Of a stretch of DNA of 64,000 bases, positions 39,771-52,351 are shown in pieces; position 1 is the first letter of the stretch, and each line of letters begins with the position of its first letter. The notes under the pieces were generated by a model that was given only the letters and a program-made list of their open reading frames with translations, did not search any database and was not told the origin of the DNA. This stretch comes from the human T2T-CHM13v2.0 reference genome, Homo sapiens. The position numbers and the translations under genes are program-made. Location: assembly GCF_009914755.1 (NCBI RefSeq), contig NC_060937.1; one strand, given 5' to 3'.

Positions 39771-41333
39771 TTCCTCATCTGGGGTCAGTGAGCAAGAGTG
39801 GGCACTGGTGGGGATACTCAAAGCAGACAGCTGCAGCCAGTCCTTGTGTCTGGGACTCACACTGGCACTTCTGAATCCTCAGAATCCGCTGGCTTTTGAG
39901 CTCTCATTTTTGGTGGTGGGGGTGGGATTCCGGGTTTGCAGGTCCAGGGGATCGTGCTCCTTCCCTGACACATGTCCCACACAGCCACGTTCTGCCCTGA
40001 GATGCAGCATTTGATAACTTACCCCCTTACCACATACCACTTCCACCCACGTCCGAGTCAACTTTGTTCTTAACCTCCTTGAGACTCCGTCTGCCTCGAG
40101 AACAGATCTTTTTTTTCCCAGTTCATTGAGTTTGGAGTTTTGGATACCATGCAGAAAGTTTACCTTTAAGACTGAGCACCATTTTGATACCCTTCCTCCC
40201 CAAAACGTTCATGCTCACGAGTTTGTGGGAAAAGTGAAAGCCAGTACCCACAGAAAACTATGGCTGAACACAGGCTCACATCACGACTGCTTCTGTGGCT
40301 GTTGACCAGCCATCCATCTTTGCGGTAGTAGCACAAGACAGTTTAATGACAGCAGTGAGACTTGCTCTTCAGCATGTGTTCAAGGTTCTTGCAGAATCAC
40401 ATCCCACCCACTATGGCTTCTTGTGGAGGTGGTTTGATGAAATCTTTGCTACATCTTCTGCTCCAGCAGTATTATCTGTCTACAACCAGTGCCTCATTTT
40501 CTGAAAACTTTTGTGGCTTGAAGAGAATAGTAATGGGGGACACTCACAAGTGTCACAGATTGGCTAGTGCTGGTCTCCTAAAGGAGCAGCTTTGGAAATC
40601 AATTATGTCCCTGGTTCTTCTTTTCTATCTGAAAGTGAAGCTGGAGAAGCTGGTTTCTAGCTGAGAGAAGAGGATGAATATTCTATTCATCCCCCTTCTT
40701 CCAACTGGAAATGATTTTACAGACCCTTCCTGGCAGCCTACCCATTTGTTAACATGGCCTGGGAAGGATGGTTTCTTGTACAGCTTCGATACATCCTAGG
40801 AAAATCTCAGCATCACTCACCACTGCTGAAGCTGGCTGGAGTTCAGCTAGGTCAACTGACAGTTGAGGATATACAAGCTCTGGAGCATAGACCAGCTGAA
40901 GCCAGCATGATACAGCAACCAGCCAGAAGTGTTAGTGAGAAGATAAAGTCAGCTCTGAAGAAAGCTGTGAGGGATGTTGCCTTTTCCCTGTCTACTGGCC
41001 TTTCTGTCAGTGCATTCTTCTTGCAGTTCCTTGACTGGTGGTGCTCATCTGAAAACCAAGAAACCATCAAGTCATTGACCGCCCCGCCTACTCCACCACC
41101 ACCTGTCCACCTAGACTATAACTCTGATTGTCCCCTTACCCAAAATGCAGACTGTGTGCCCCTTGTGTTGTAAAACCCAGGTGAATGATACTGTTCTTGC
41201 CACTTTTAGCTATGTGTTTCATTACGGCTGTGTGTTTCATTATATGAGGAGTCACCAAGCTTGTCCCATTACAGGTTATCCAACAGAAGTACATCTGATT
41301 AAATTCTACTCCCCTGAGAACTGAAAAACAAAA
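39771..41333 (+). pseudogene. PEX12P1: Processed pseudogene of PEX12 (peroxin 12, RING finger): probable 5' UTR copy 39771-40259, disabled CDS 40260-41324, A-rich tail
   Basis: ATG at 40260 (MAEH). ORF pieces [89 protein letters not shown] and C-terminal [23 protein letters not shown] match PEX12. No introns; at least four frameshifts and an in-frame TGA at 40712. The symbol assumes human and the 5' boundary is inferred from composition. Confidence 0.95.
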
Positions 41334-43284
41334 TTACATAAAATACTTTATGAAGGAACAAAATAATTACTGGATTTCAGATTTCAAATGAAATATTTCT
41401 GGTCAAATTATTGTATTAGTACAAGATAATCACAGTTGTTTGCCTTTTAGTGACTGGAATACAGGGAATTGGTTAGACTTTTGTTTGAAAGCAGAAAGCA
41501 AGATAGATGATTGAAACAGTAAGCAGCTACCATCCACTGAGCAGCAACAGAAATGAGAAAGTGAGGTCACCAAATATTAGTGTTTGGAGAAAGGGTCCCA
41601 TTGTCCTATGTCCTGGATTCAGCCCACTGAAGAGGCAGAGCTGGCTCACACTGTGGTCTCTCTGATGAAGTTCAACATATCTGATAATTGAATTGCAAAA
41701 CACAGTGAAAAAACACCAAACAAACCTGGAAGCTAGGGAAATGCTGACAGACCTAAAACCAAGAAGAAATAAGGCCTTTTATTCCCTCTCCTTGCCTTCA
41801 AATATCTGAACAATGCTTTGTGAGGACAGAACCTCGGCACACTAACCAGCAAAATAGTCTGAGAATAGGGTACTCGAACTCCGTTCCTACCATGAAAGAG
41901 CAGAGAATTCAGGGTGGAACTGTTGCTGAGAGGCAATAGGTAAATAATCAATACAACACATATTTAATGATTACAAAATGGTGTGGGTTATGGGCTAACA
42001 TATTTGGCATTAAGTATGTTCAAATGGAATTTGTTTGCCCCTTAGAATTTCCAAGTAATGCAAAAATATTTTAGTCCAGGAATTTCTGCCACTTAGCTTG
42101 TAAAGCTTCTATAAGCCTCAATTTCTTTAAAATGAGAATCTGTCATAATCCTTTGTGTTTCTAAGATTCTATAATTCTCACATCTTTATCAGTAAACTAC
42201 TTTATATAATTTTTTTAATGTAGGTAAATCCATTTTATGGGTAAAACAAAGACAAAATCAAAGCGTAGTGTCCAGGAAATAGACTTGATTGCGGTTTTAC
42301 AGGCATGCATTCTATTCCTGGCTGCAGCAGTATCAATAATTAGAAGTTAAGGCAACTAATTAACTTCTGTGACAATCAATCATGCCATCTAAAAATAATT
42401 AACAGAAATAACTACCTTGCAAGTATATTATAAAATTAGATATAAAAGACTGAAATCTTTCTTGAAACATAGCAAGAGTGTAATAAAAAAACTGCAATAG
42501 TGATTTGGCAGTGATGTTAAGATTATGTTGATTTAACCCCAAGGCTATGCAAGTTGTAAGGCAACAAAACAATATTACAACCAAATTATTTAACCCTTAT
42601 AGGCATAATATTGATAAAATTATTAATGTGTAGTATCCATAACACATGAAAATGTCTACAGCAGCATTTCTAATCATCTTGTCTCATAGAAATATTGTAA
42701 AATGATGACAATGTGTACTGTTCATATGGGTTTTTATATGATGATTTGAAGTAACCCAGTTACTGCTGATTTATATCTCTAAACTAATATTTTACAACTT
42801 AGTTCAATATTGTATTATTTATCATTTAATTACATATCCCTGACTTAAGCAAAACTTACTAACCCAAAATGGTTATGCAACTCAGTGTCCTGAAATTATG
42901 ATCGCTTAGTTCATCAACCATGTCTTGATAATATTTAATATTTTTTATGCACGTTTAAAATGAAATTATGAAAATTCAGTTACTGACAAAGACATGTACA
43001 GCCATTTACAGACTATTTTGCACATATCTATAAACATCCATTTATTACATAATTATTCAAAACAGTTCCTATGTGTCTGATGCTGTGTTAGGGGTACCTA
43101 CTTGAAAGATTAAACATTAGCTCCCATAAGAAGCACAGAATGTATTAGAGATAAATGCCAGTCATCCTATAATATAAAATATTCAATGATACAGGGATAT
43201 TACAAAAGAATGAAAGGAGCACATTTGTCAATTTGACTCATGGGAGAGTTCACAATGTAGGGAAAGCATGCAAATTAGCAGGGG

Positions 43285-43493
43285 TATTGTGATAAAGGTA
43301 GTTTATAGATGTGGTTCATACCTGCAGTCACTTGCCTTTACATAAAGGCACTTACTCCGTTTAATCTTCTTCGATCTCGTCTAATCAGAAGGCCTTAGAG
43401 CAAAATCAGATTTCCCTGAGAAACAAATTCTACTATGTATCTCCTAGTTAATTCTAGTGATTCTATTTCTCTGGAGAACTCTGACTGACACAA
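43285..43493 (+). mobile_element. MLT2 (MLT2D-like) LTR remnant with internal deletion
   Basis: ctaatcagaaggccttagagcaaaa and terminal ttctatttctctggagaactctgactgacaca. Confidence 0.65.
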
Positions 43494-43496
43494 AAT

Positions 43497-44850
43497 CACT
43501 CCCAAACACTTAGATATATTTTTCAAAAACAGGGATATTTTCTTACATAACACTACTAAGCCATCAAACTCAGGAAATTGATATTGATACATTACTCTCA
43601 TCTAACCTTCAGAACACTTTCAGGATTCAGGCTGGGCATGGTGGCTCACACCTGGAATCCCAGCAGTTTGGGAGGCTGAGGCAGGAGGATTGCTTGAGTC
43701 CAAGAGTTTGGGACCAGCCTGGGCAACATAGCAAGACCCAATCTCTACAAAAAATAAAAATAAATTAGCTAGATGTGATGGCACATCTGTAGTCCCAGCT
43801 ACTTGGTAGGCTGAGACAGGAGGATCCCTTGAGCCCAGGAAGTCAAAGCTACGGTGAACCTTGATCAAGCCTGGGTTGACAGGGTGACCCTGTCACAAAC
43901 AAACAAACAAAAAATATATCAATAATACCTGCTATAACATAATTACCCAGTTTAGAATAAACGGTTGCATTTAGTTGTCATGTTTGTAGTGTTCTTCAAT
44001 CTGAAAATTTCCCAGACTTTAATTTCGTGGACTTATCAATTTTGAAAACTACAGACCAATTTTATTATACAGTGCCCATTATGTTGGCTTTGTATGATGT
44101 TTCCTCATGGTTTAATTGGGTTTGGAATACTTGGCAGGAACATTAGAGATGTGCCACTGTGCTCTCATTGCCTACCCTCAGGTGGCACCAAATATTTTTG
44201 CCCTATTACTGATTATGTTAGTATCCGTTATTTGATTTATTAGTACCTTCCAGACATCTCCACCATAAAACCATTCTCTCTTCTTTTGTAAGTAATTAGA
44301 ATTTAATGTTAAGGCATTGTGAAACTGTGTAAACATCTTCCACATGAAAATTACAAGGCATTGATTTATTCTTATCAGTATAGACTCATAGTTTCTTATT
44401 TTTTTCAGTGTGTTATAATCCATCATTATTGTTATTTATTTTCCTGCTCAAATTATTCCAGATTTTGCCAGTGAAAACCTCCTTTAACTGGATTTTGTGT
44501 CTCTTTGACAAGTCCCATATCATTATTTGAATCATTCTTTGAACTTATTTCTTATGTTTTGGTACCAAATTATATTTTTTCGTTCTAAAATTCAGGATTA
44601 TATTGTACTTCTCCTGCTCCAAGTCTGGAATTTAAAAATTTTCCAAGGAGTTGAGGTTCATTTTAGTGGAAGTTGATACTGGAAAACCAAAATCTAGAAG
44701 CTAGCTGTTTCATTGTTTGGGGAATGTTACTCTTCCCAGACTTTCTCGGGGGCAAGAAATGGAAAATATATCACAACAAATGTTCATTCATAGTTACTCA
44801 CAGGAATTTACATCTATTTTTACTTCTTGAGTTCACACCAGTTACGAGGA
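43497..44850 (-). mobile_element. L1MC-type 3' UTR fragment interrupted by an Alu
   Basis: catcaaactcaggaaattgatattgataca; gttgcatttagttgtcatgt; tgatgtttcctcatggtt motifs. Confidence 0.75.
43630..43914 (+). mobile_element. AluJo-like
   Basis: gaggattgcttgag, acatagcaagacc, (CAAA)n tail. Confidence 0.95.
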
Positions 44851-45727
44851 GGCAGCCACATTAACTTGTTCGGACCTTAACCCTATGCACTGGTTCACCC
44901 TTACCCTCTTTCCTGTACAAATCCTATACTTAGTCTTTAGAGCACAGTGACTCCTCACTTAATGAGGTATTAGAGTATCCTGACTCTGCCTTAATGGGGA
45001 TATGCTTAATCTGCTCAAGCTCTGACATCTGTGCTATATTTTCTCCTTCTTGCACACTTATTCTTCTTATCCTGATTAACTCAGTTGTAACACACATTCT
45101 TAGCTTCTTGCCAACCTCCCGATAACCTTATCACTTCACTTGGAAATATTTTTCTTTCATTCTTGAAATTTACAAATTCTACTGGGTTAATTCCTGAGTA
45201 GATTTATCTTCACTGTTTTTGCCTGATGCTTTATAAGCACTTTGAATCATAAAACTAGTTATTTGTCACCCCTTACAGTATCTTTCTCAATATTCTAAAT
45301 GTCTTTTTCATAACTAATTATAAAATTCCAATCCAATCCCTTAAATTTCAATCTCTTGAATATTTTTGAAGATATGTGTTGGTATTGTGTGAAAGTTTGA
45401 CCTTGTAGTCTCTGTTCTGTGGTCTGCTTTTACTGTGATTTTTCTCATTCTTTCTTCTCTTTTGAACTATCGTAAGTGTTATCATGATGGATTCTTTTTT
45501 CTTTTTAATGCATTCACTAAGAATATAGTCTGTATTCCTCAATTATTGAGTATTAAAATGACAAATATCAGAGTTATTTTAGGTCTATGTCTAATTTTTC
45601 TGTAAATAAAAGAAGAGTTTAATACAGATTTGCTTTTTAGACAGCATATCTAAGAGCTTATGAGAATGAAGATATCTATGTTTAAAAAAAAGGCAGTCAT
45701 ATTATGAAGTTTTAGTTCTGCATTTAA

Positions 45728-46036
<309 letters not shown>

Positions 46037-46676
46037 CTACTTTACATTGATTCTTGGGACTGACTAAACCTAATTCTGTGCCCCTTATTTAAATATGAAC
46101 CACCTTATGATTATTCTTACCAACTTTGCTGTGTTTGCCCAGCACAGTTATTTGCAATGGGTGTAATACAGAAAAATGTCCCATGTAAGATCTCCTTGTG
46201 GTCTTTGGCTCACCATGCTCATTCAAGACATTCTGGCATTTTTAGGTTTATACCATAGCAATGTTTCATGGACTTTCTTCTTTTCCTTGTAATACCAACC
46301 AAGATGAAAATTACTGACACACACAATTAGGAAGTCTAGTCAGATGTGACTGAATTTAGGCAATCAAATTGAACAATCATAAAATTTGAATTAACTTTGA
46401 TTTTGATTTGTTGGATCAGATTTCTCCATTCAGTTGAAAATGTGGTTACTACGTAGTTTCAGATTCATATTCTACAGGTTTAGCAAGCCCAGTCTTTATG
46501 AGTAGTCCTTCAGAAAATTCCAGTGAAGACTCAGTTTGACATGGCATGGGTCATGTGTGTCTTAATACTGTATAATCAGAAAATGTGGGGGAATAGTAAT
46601 CAGAAGCAACTAAACTAAATTAAATGCCTTCAGTATATGCAAAGACTGGCATCAGAAAAGGAGAGTGAAGCAATAC

Positions 46677-47152
46677 TGAAAAATTATATGCTAACACAAA
46701 AGCTTGTACACAAATATTTATAGCAGCATTATTGATAATAGTCAAAAGGTGGAAATAACCCAGATATCTATCAACTAATGAATGGATAAACAAAATTCTA
46801 TATCCATGAAGTAGAATATTATTGAGCCATAACAGAGTTGGAAGTACATAATATGGATGAACTTCAAAAATATTGTGCTAAATAAAACAACCAGAAACAA
46901 AAGGTCACAAATTATGTGAATTCAATTATATTAATGTCCAGGACAGGCAAATCCTTAGCAGTAGAAAATACATTAGTACTTGCCAGTGAGTACTTAAGGG
47001 TGTGGAGTTTCTTTTAGGTTGATAAAAATGTTCTGGCATTTGGTGATGGTTATGCAATCTTGTGAACATACTACATTCACTGAAATGTATGATTAAAAAT
47101 ACTTAATTTTATGGTATGTGAATTATATCTCAACTTTAAAATGGAAAAAAAA
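46677..47152 (+). mobile_element. L1MB (MB7/8-like) 3' end
   Basis: tttatagcagcattatt...aatgaatggataaacaaaat...ttttatggtatgtgaattatatctcaa plus A tail. Confidence 0.85.
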
Positions 47153-48760
47153 TGTATGTTGCAGTCTGTCCTGCCTTTAGATATGCAATGCTGTGTGGTT
47201 GGGCATAGTTCTTTCCCCAGGATTTCATAAATTTCTTGGGTTATATGAGGCAGCACTTCTTGCCTGAGGGGCTTCTCAGCACACAGCATTCACACCACTT
47301 CTGCTCTCCAATAGCATATAAAACTTCATTTACAGCTCATTCATTATTCTTTCTTGTCTCCTTTGAGAATGTCTCCCATTAGGCTATGAACCATTTCTAC
47401 CAGCTTGCTTACTTGTGCCCACAAACAAAGGTGTCCCCATAATGAGTGTCACTCCTGCTAGGAATTCTCAGAAATGCTGTTCTGGGTGGTGGTGAGTTTG
47501 TGAGGGAATGAGGCAGATGGTAGCAAGATCAGGTTACATTTAGGGTTTTGCTTTTAAGCTGAATCCATCTAATTCAAGCTCATCTGCAGGTGGCTACAAA
47601 ACACCCTTCTCAAGCTTGTGTTGTGAATCTGGTGTTGGGTATTTGTTATGATTCATCTGTAACTTGTAATGCTCATGTCTACTGCCTCCCCACCTCAAGA
47701 TGTTGAGAGAAGCAGGCTGATTACATGGTGTATTCCATTAGCCTCACTCAATATGGAGGAGCGTTATCAATTAAGGGACCAGGGCCAAGTAAATTCAAGG
47801 TACAGTGAGACGGGACTTGCTGCCCCTGGAGGTTTTCTGAGTTATCAGCCTGCAAAGATGAGGGAATACTTAGTGCTAATTCATGTTGCCATCCTAATTC
47901 CCCAAGAGAATCTTAAGTAGCAATTGGAGGTTTCTTCCCAACAGACCGGAGACCAAAGATTGGGAAAATAACATTACTGAAGGGGCATTGAAAGATAAAT
48001 ACTCCCAAGTGGTAAGTAGGTACTACAGAGAAAGAACTAAAGAAAACTTTGTGATAATCAGGGGAATAGTTCTCCCATTTGCTATTCAAAATCTTCAAGT
48101 ATAAATGAATGAATGAATGAGAATGTTGCATGTGATCTTTTCATGAAAATACATAAAGTGAGAATGCCTTATTTTTTCCAACAAAGGATTTTGGAAGAAG
48201 GCTAAGGAATTGAGGAAATTCTTGAAAATGGGACTACAATTAAAGGGTAGAGTAAACATGTCTCCCATTTGCTGAAAGCGTTTTATGTGCTAGTCTTTTT
48301 CCCTCTACACTACTTCAGCAACTCCCTTAATCACCACTTCACATGATTGTAGGTACAGAAGATAGCATCGCATCAGGTAATTTCTTTCAGATCCCACTGT
48401 TCAATGAATATGAATATTCTACCTTGGAACTGTTGTTTAAGATAATCCCAGATCCCATTCAGTGAACCATTTTTTCCCTGTTGCCTCTAAAACTAAGATG
48501 ATGGAGTTATCAGGTAAAAAAGAGTTGATTCTCAGAGCTGCTTTAAAGTGGAAGCAATAAAAGGCAGGGCAGCTGTTCATAATTATCAGGGATCTGAATG
48601 GGCTGTCTGAGTTCTTCATCTTCCTGCTTTTGAATCTACTCAGACTTCTCACTATCAACCAGTGGCCCTGGTTTTGAATTTGTCTATTTTTAAATCCATT
48701 TTCCCCAGACCTCATTCCTAGGTATGAGATTAGAGTGGGTCCATAATAAACTGATAATAT

Positions 48761-49372
48761 TTTAACCATAATACGTTCATTTCCTGTTGCACACAGCAAG
48801 TTAATAAGCTGAGACACTGGGTTACAGAAAAGAAAGAGGTGTAATTGTAGGATCACCAAACTAGGAGATGGGAGGAAACCTCAAATCCACCTCCCCAGGG
48901 AATTCAGAGTTAGAATTTCTAAGGGTTTGGGAGTAGGCTGAAGTGTAGAGATCATTGATTAGTAGAAGGAAGAGTGCAGGGTGAGTTCATGGGATAGGGA
49001 GATGCAGAAACTGTGTTCTCATGCTAATCCCATCCCTCTATAGAGGTCTTCAAAGTGATTGCTGCAATTCACGGTCTGAGAAACATCTTAAGCAATCCTT
49101 ACACAAAAGCCTTTGTTTTGATTCTAATATCAGAGATCCTGTCTTTAGGAACAATGAAGATGAAAATCAATTCTTTAATAGTCTTATGACCTTAGTGTCA
49201 GAAATTTTATTTATAGGAACAATTGGGATGGCAATGGTCAGTATCTATTGCTATGTGACTTTTAGCAATGAGGAAATCGGCCAAAGTTCAGCCTGACTAA
49301 TGCTTAATTATAACTATACCTCTGTCCAGAACCCAGCATGCAATTTTTGTTAACCCTGTGGGGATGGTTTCA
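48761..49372 (-). mobile_element. ERV1 solo LTR (LTR49-like, tentative)
   Basis: Reverse complement starts tgaaaccatccccacagggttaac; gagatgggaggaaacctcaaatcca core. Confidence 0.65.
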
Positions 49373-50570
49373 ATGCTGGCATGTGATTGGCTAGAACACA
49401 GTGCAGAAACTATTTTAGGAAGATATGGGTTGCCTCAAAGGGCTGAATTTAATGGTGAAACATTTCGTCGAGTGGAAGGCCAGCAAGACTATTGTAGGTA
49501 ATCTTTTTGTATACCTGCATGTGTACCTCACCCATGCTCTGCCTAAGAATCCACCATAACTCTAAACACATTTAATATACAGTAGAAAAGTAGACATTGG
49601 TCAGAAATATTCCATTGAGTTGACACCTTTTAATAAACCTAAGCATTACTGTGATGACCAATGTGGGAATTAGCAGGTGGGAGGACTACCAAGGACAGAG
49701 ACACCAGTGTATTTAGGAAGACTTGGAGGAATGTTGATGAAAAAGTCAGGCTCTGTGAAATATTTAGAGAGGTTTATTATAAACCAATATGAGTTACCAT
49801 GTCCCAAAAACTAGTCTTAGGAAGTCCTGAGAAGGTGTGCCCAAGGTCGTTGGGTTATAGTTTTGTTTCATACATTTTAGGGAGTCAGAAGTTACAGGCA
49901 AAGACATAAGTCAATACATCTCTTTTGGAGTTAGGCACAATGAACCAGGATTCACATTAAATAGAGGTATACATTAGTTCAGTCTGGAAAGGCAGGACAT
50001 CTCGATGCAGGGTTTAGAGGTCATAGGTGAATTTGAAGATTCTGTAATTGGTAATTGGTTGAAACTCTGTCTAAAGACTTGAAGTGAATACTTAAGATAA
50101 GGAAGGTTGTGAAAGCCAAGGTTCTTGTTAAGTAGATGAAGCCTCTGTGTAGCAGCCCTAGATAATATGGTAAATGTCTCTTTTCTAACCTTAAAGTTAT
50201 CAGACTTTCATTTAATCTCTCCTAGATCTGGGAAAGACCTAGAAAAGTAAGGAGATTCTCTACAGATGCAAGTTTCTTCCACAAAATATGGCTTTGAAGG
50301 GCCATTTCAAAATGTATTTTGATTTCCTTCAGGGTCTGCTATCTATCTTATTTATAATGCTATGGCAGAATCAGGTTTGATTTTGGTGTCTTATTACTAC
50401 AAAGTATCTGTCTTTTTAGCCTTGTTATCTCTGTTTTAAGGTTAATGTTGGTCAGTTGTGCCTAAATTCCAAAAGGGTGGTGGTATAATGAGGCATGCCT
50501 GACCTCTCTTCCCATCTTGGTTGTGAATTCAATTTTTCAGGTTTCCCTTGGCCTGGGGTGGGGGTCTGTT

Positions 50571-51856
50571 TGTAACTGCCCAATAGGTTCTCCTTGTCTG
50601 CTGCCTAGACAGAGCCAATTTCTCGAGACAGTGGAATTGCAATAGAGTGTACACCAAAAATAAAATTCTAAGGGCTCCCCACAACCATCTGGATGGATTC
50701 CTCCTCAGCCAGGTCACCGTAAAATTTAAGCTGAAAAACTAGTTCAGGCCATGACAGGAAGTAGGGTTTGGATATGCCTTATTATAACCCTCCAGCATTA
50801 AAATCAACACAGACCTTAAGTCTGATGAGAAACACAGTCTATTCTCTCTAAAAAGCTTGCTACTTAGAGACTTCATCTACATAATAAAACATAGGTCTCC
50901 ACAACCCTTTATCATAACCCAGACATTTCTTTCTATAAATAATAACTGTTTCAACCAATTGCCAATCAGAATATGTTCAAATTTGCCTATGACTTGGAAG
51001 CCAGCACCTCAAGTTGTTCTGCCGTTGTAAATCTTGCATGTACTGATTGCTGTATTATGTGTCCTTAAAATGTATAAAAGCAAGCTGTACCCTGATGACC
51101 TTGGGCATATGTCGTCAGCAGCTTCTGAGGCTGTGTCACAGTGCATCCTCAAACTTGGAAAAATAAACTTACTAAATTGATTGAGACTTGTCAGATACAT
51201 TTTGATTTGCAAGAGATAAAGTTTAATTCACTCAGAGCTGGCTGCACAGGAGACACAAGTTTTATTATTATTCAAATCAGTCTCCTTGAGAATTTGGGGC
51301 CTGGAGTTTTTAAGGATAATTTGGTGGGCAAGGGGCCAGTGAGTTGGGAGCACTGATTAGTTGGTTTTGAAATGACCCTCATAGGATGTCGAAGCTGTTC
51401 TCTTGTGCTGAGTCACTTCCTGGGTGGGGGCCACAACAGGCCACATGGAGCCATCTGGTTGTCAGAAATGCAAAAACATGAAAAGACATCTCAAAAGGCT
51501 AATCTTAGGTTTTACGATAGTATTATCTATACAATAATAGATGTTATCTTCAAGAGTAATTGGGGAAGTTAAAAATCTTATGACCTCAAGAATAATTTAG
51601 ATAATTATCTAAAATTCCAGGCCCTCTCATCCTAACTTGGTGGTCTTTCATTAGTTTTACAAGAAGAGTTTAGGTTTGGGGAAGGGCTATTATTTAAACT
51701 ATAAACTATTTTTTTTTTCCCACAAAGCTAGCTTAGCTCATGCTTAGGAATGAGCAAAGACAGCCAGCCTATGAATCTAGAGACAAGATGGAGTCAGCCA
51801 TGTTAGATGTCTCTGTCAAAATTCCCTCAGTTATAATTTTTGCAAAGGAGATTTCA
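50571..51856 (-). mobile_element. LTR8-like solo LTR (pieces 50571-50647 and 51212-51856)
   Basis: tgtaactgcccaat...ttttgcaaaggagatttca; TSD tgtt / cgtt. Confidence 0.85.
50648..51211 (+). mobile_element. MER4B-like solo LTR
   Basis: tgtacaccaaaaataaaattctaagg...gatttgca; perfect TSD agag at 50644 and 51212. Confidence 0.85.
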
Positions 51857-52094
51857 CGTTCAGTCAGTTGGGAGTTTAGAATTATATTTCTGGTTTACAA
51901 GAACATATGTTTTTCCATGTTTTCCTGTCCTTTCAATTAATTTCTTCTTCAGCACTCTGAGTTCAGAATGTGCCTCTTTTGTGCCACCCTTTTGGGGCTT
52001 GAGGAAATGAAACCAAGAGTGAAGCTGAAGAAAACCAATCAATATCCTAGAATCATTAAGCTGCCAGGCATAATGGACACAAAAACCATTTACT

Positions 52095-52285
52095 ACCTTG
52101 GGCAGGTTCTGTGCTAAGCAATTAGCTCTCATAATTTCCCTTTCTGCTCTTGGTAATCTCATGAGCCAGGCACTACACATACGTGTCAGAGAAGCTAAGG
52201 ACACACAGCGAATAAGTTGTACAGCCAAGGCTGGAACACAGGTGCATCTGACTTCCGAATCCAAGTAAGCCTCTTTGTGCTTATT
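52095..52285 (-). mobile_element. MIR fragment
   Basis: ggttctgtgctaagc...aaggacacacagcgaataagt...tctgacttcc. Confidence 0.55.
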
Positions 52286-52351
52286 CACCAAAGCAAGCTA
52301 CAATGGCATGGAGTTTATTTGGGGGTATTGACAAGTAAAGAGATACACATT

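Larger units (their letters stand above)
49732..51899 (-). mobile_element. MER4D/E-like solo LTR (pieces 49732-50570 and 51857-51899) hosting two nested LTRs
   Basis: tgttgatgaaaaagtc...ggtttaca termini; TSD ggaa / agaa. Confidence 0.85.

Noticed and set aside
40754-41173. 139-aa ORF as a functional truncated PEX12
   Set aside because: It is an internal fragment between an upstream stop and a frameshift, lacks the RING finger, and nothing in the sequence supports expression.
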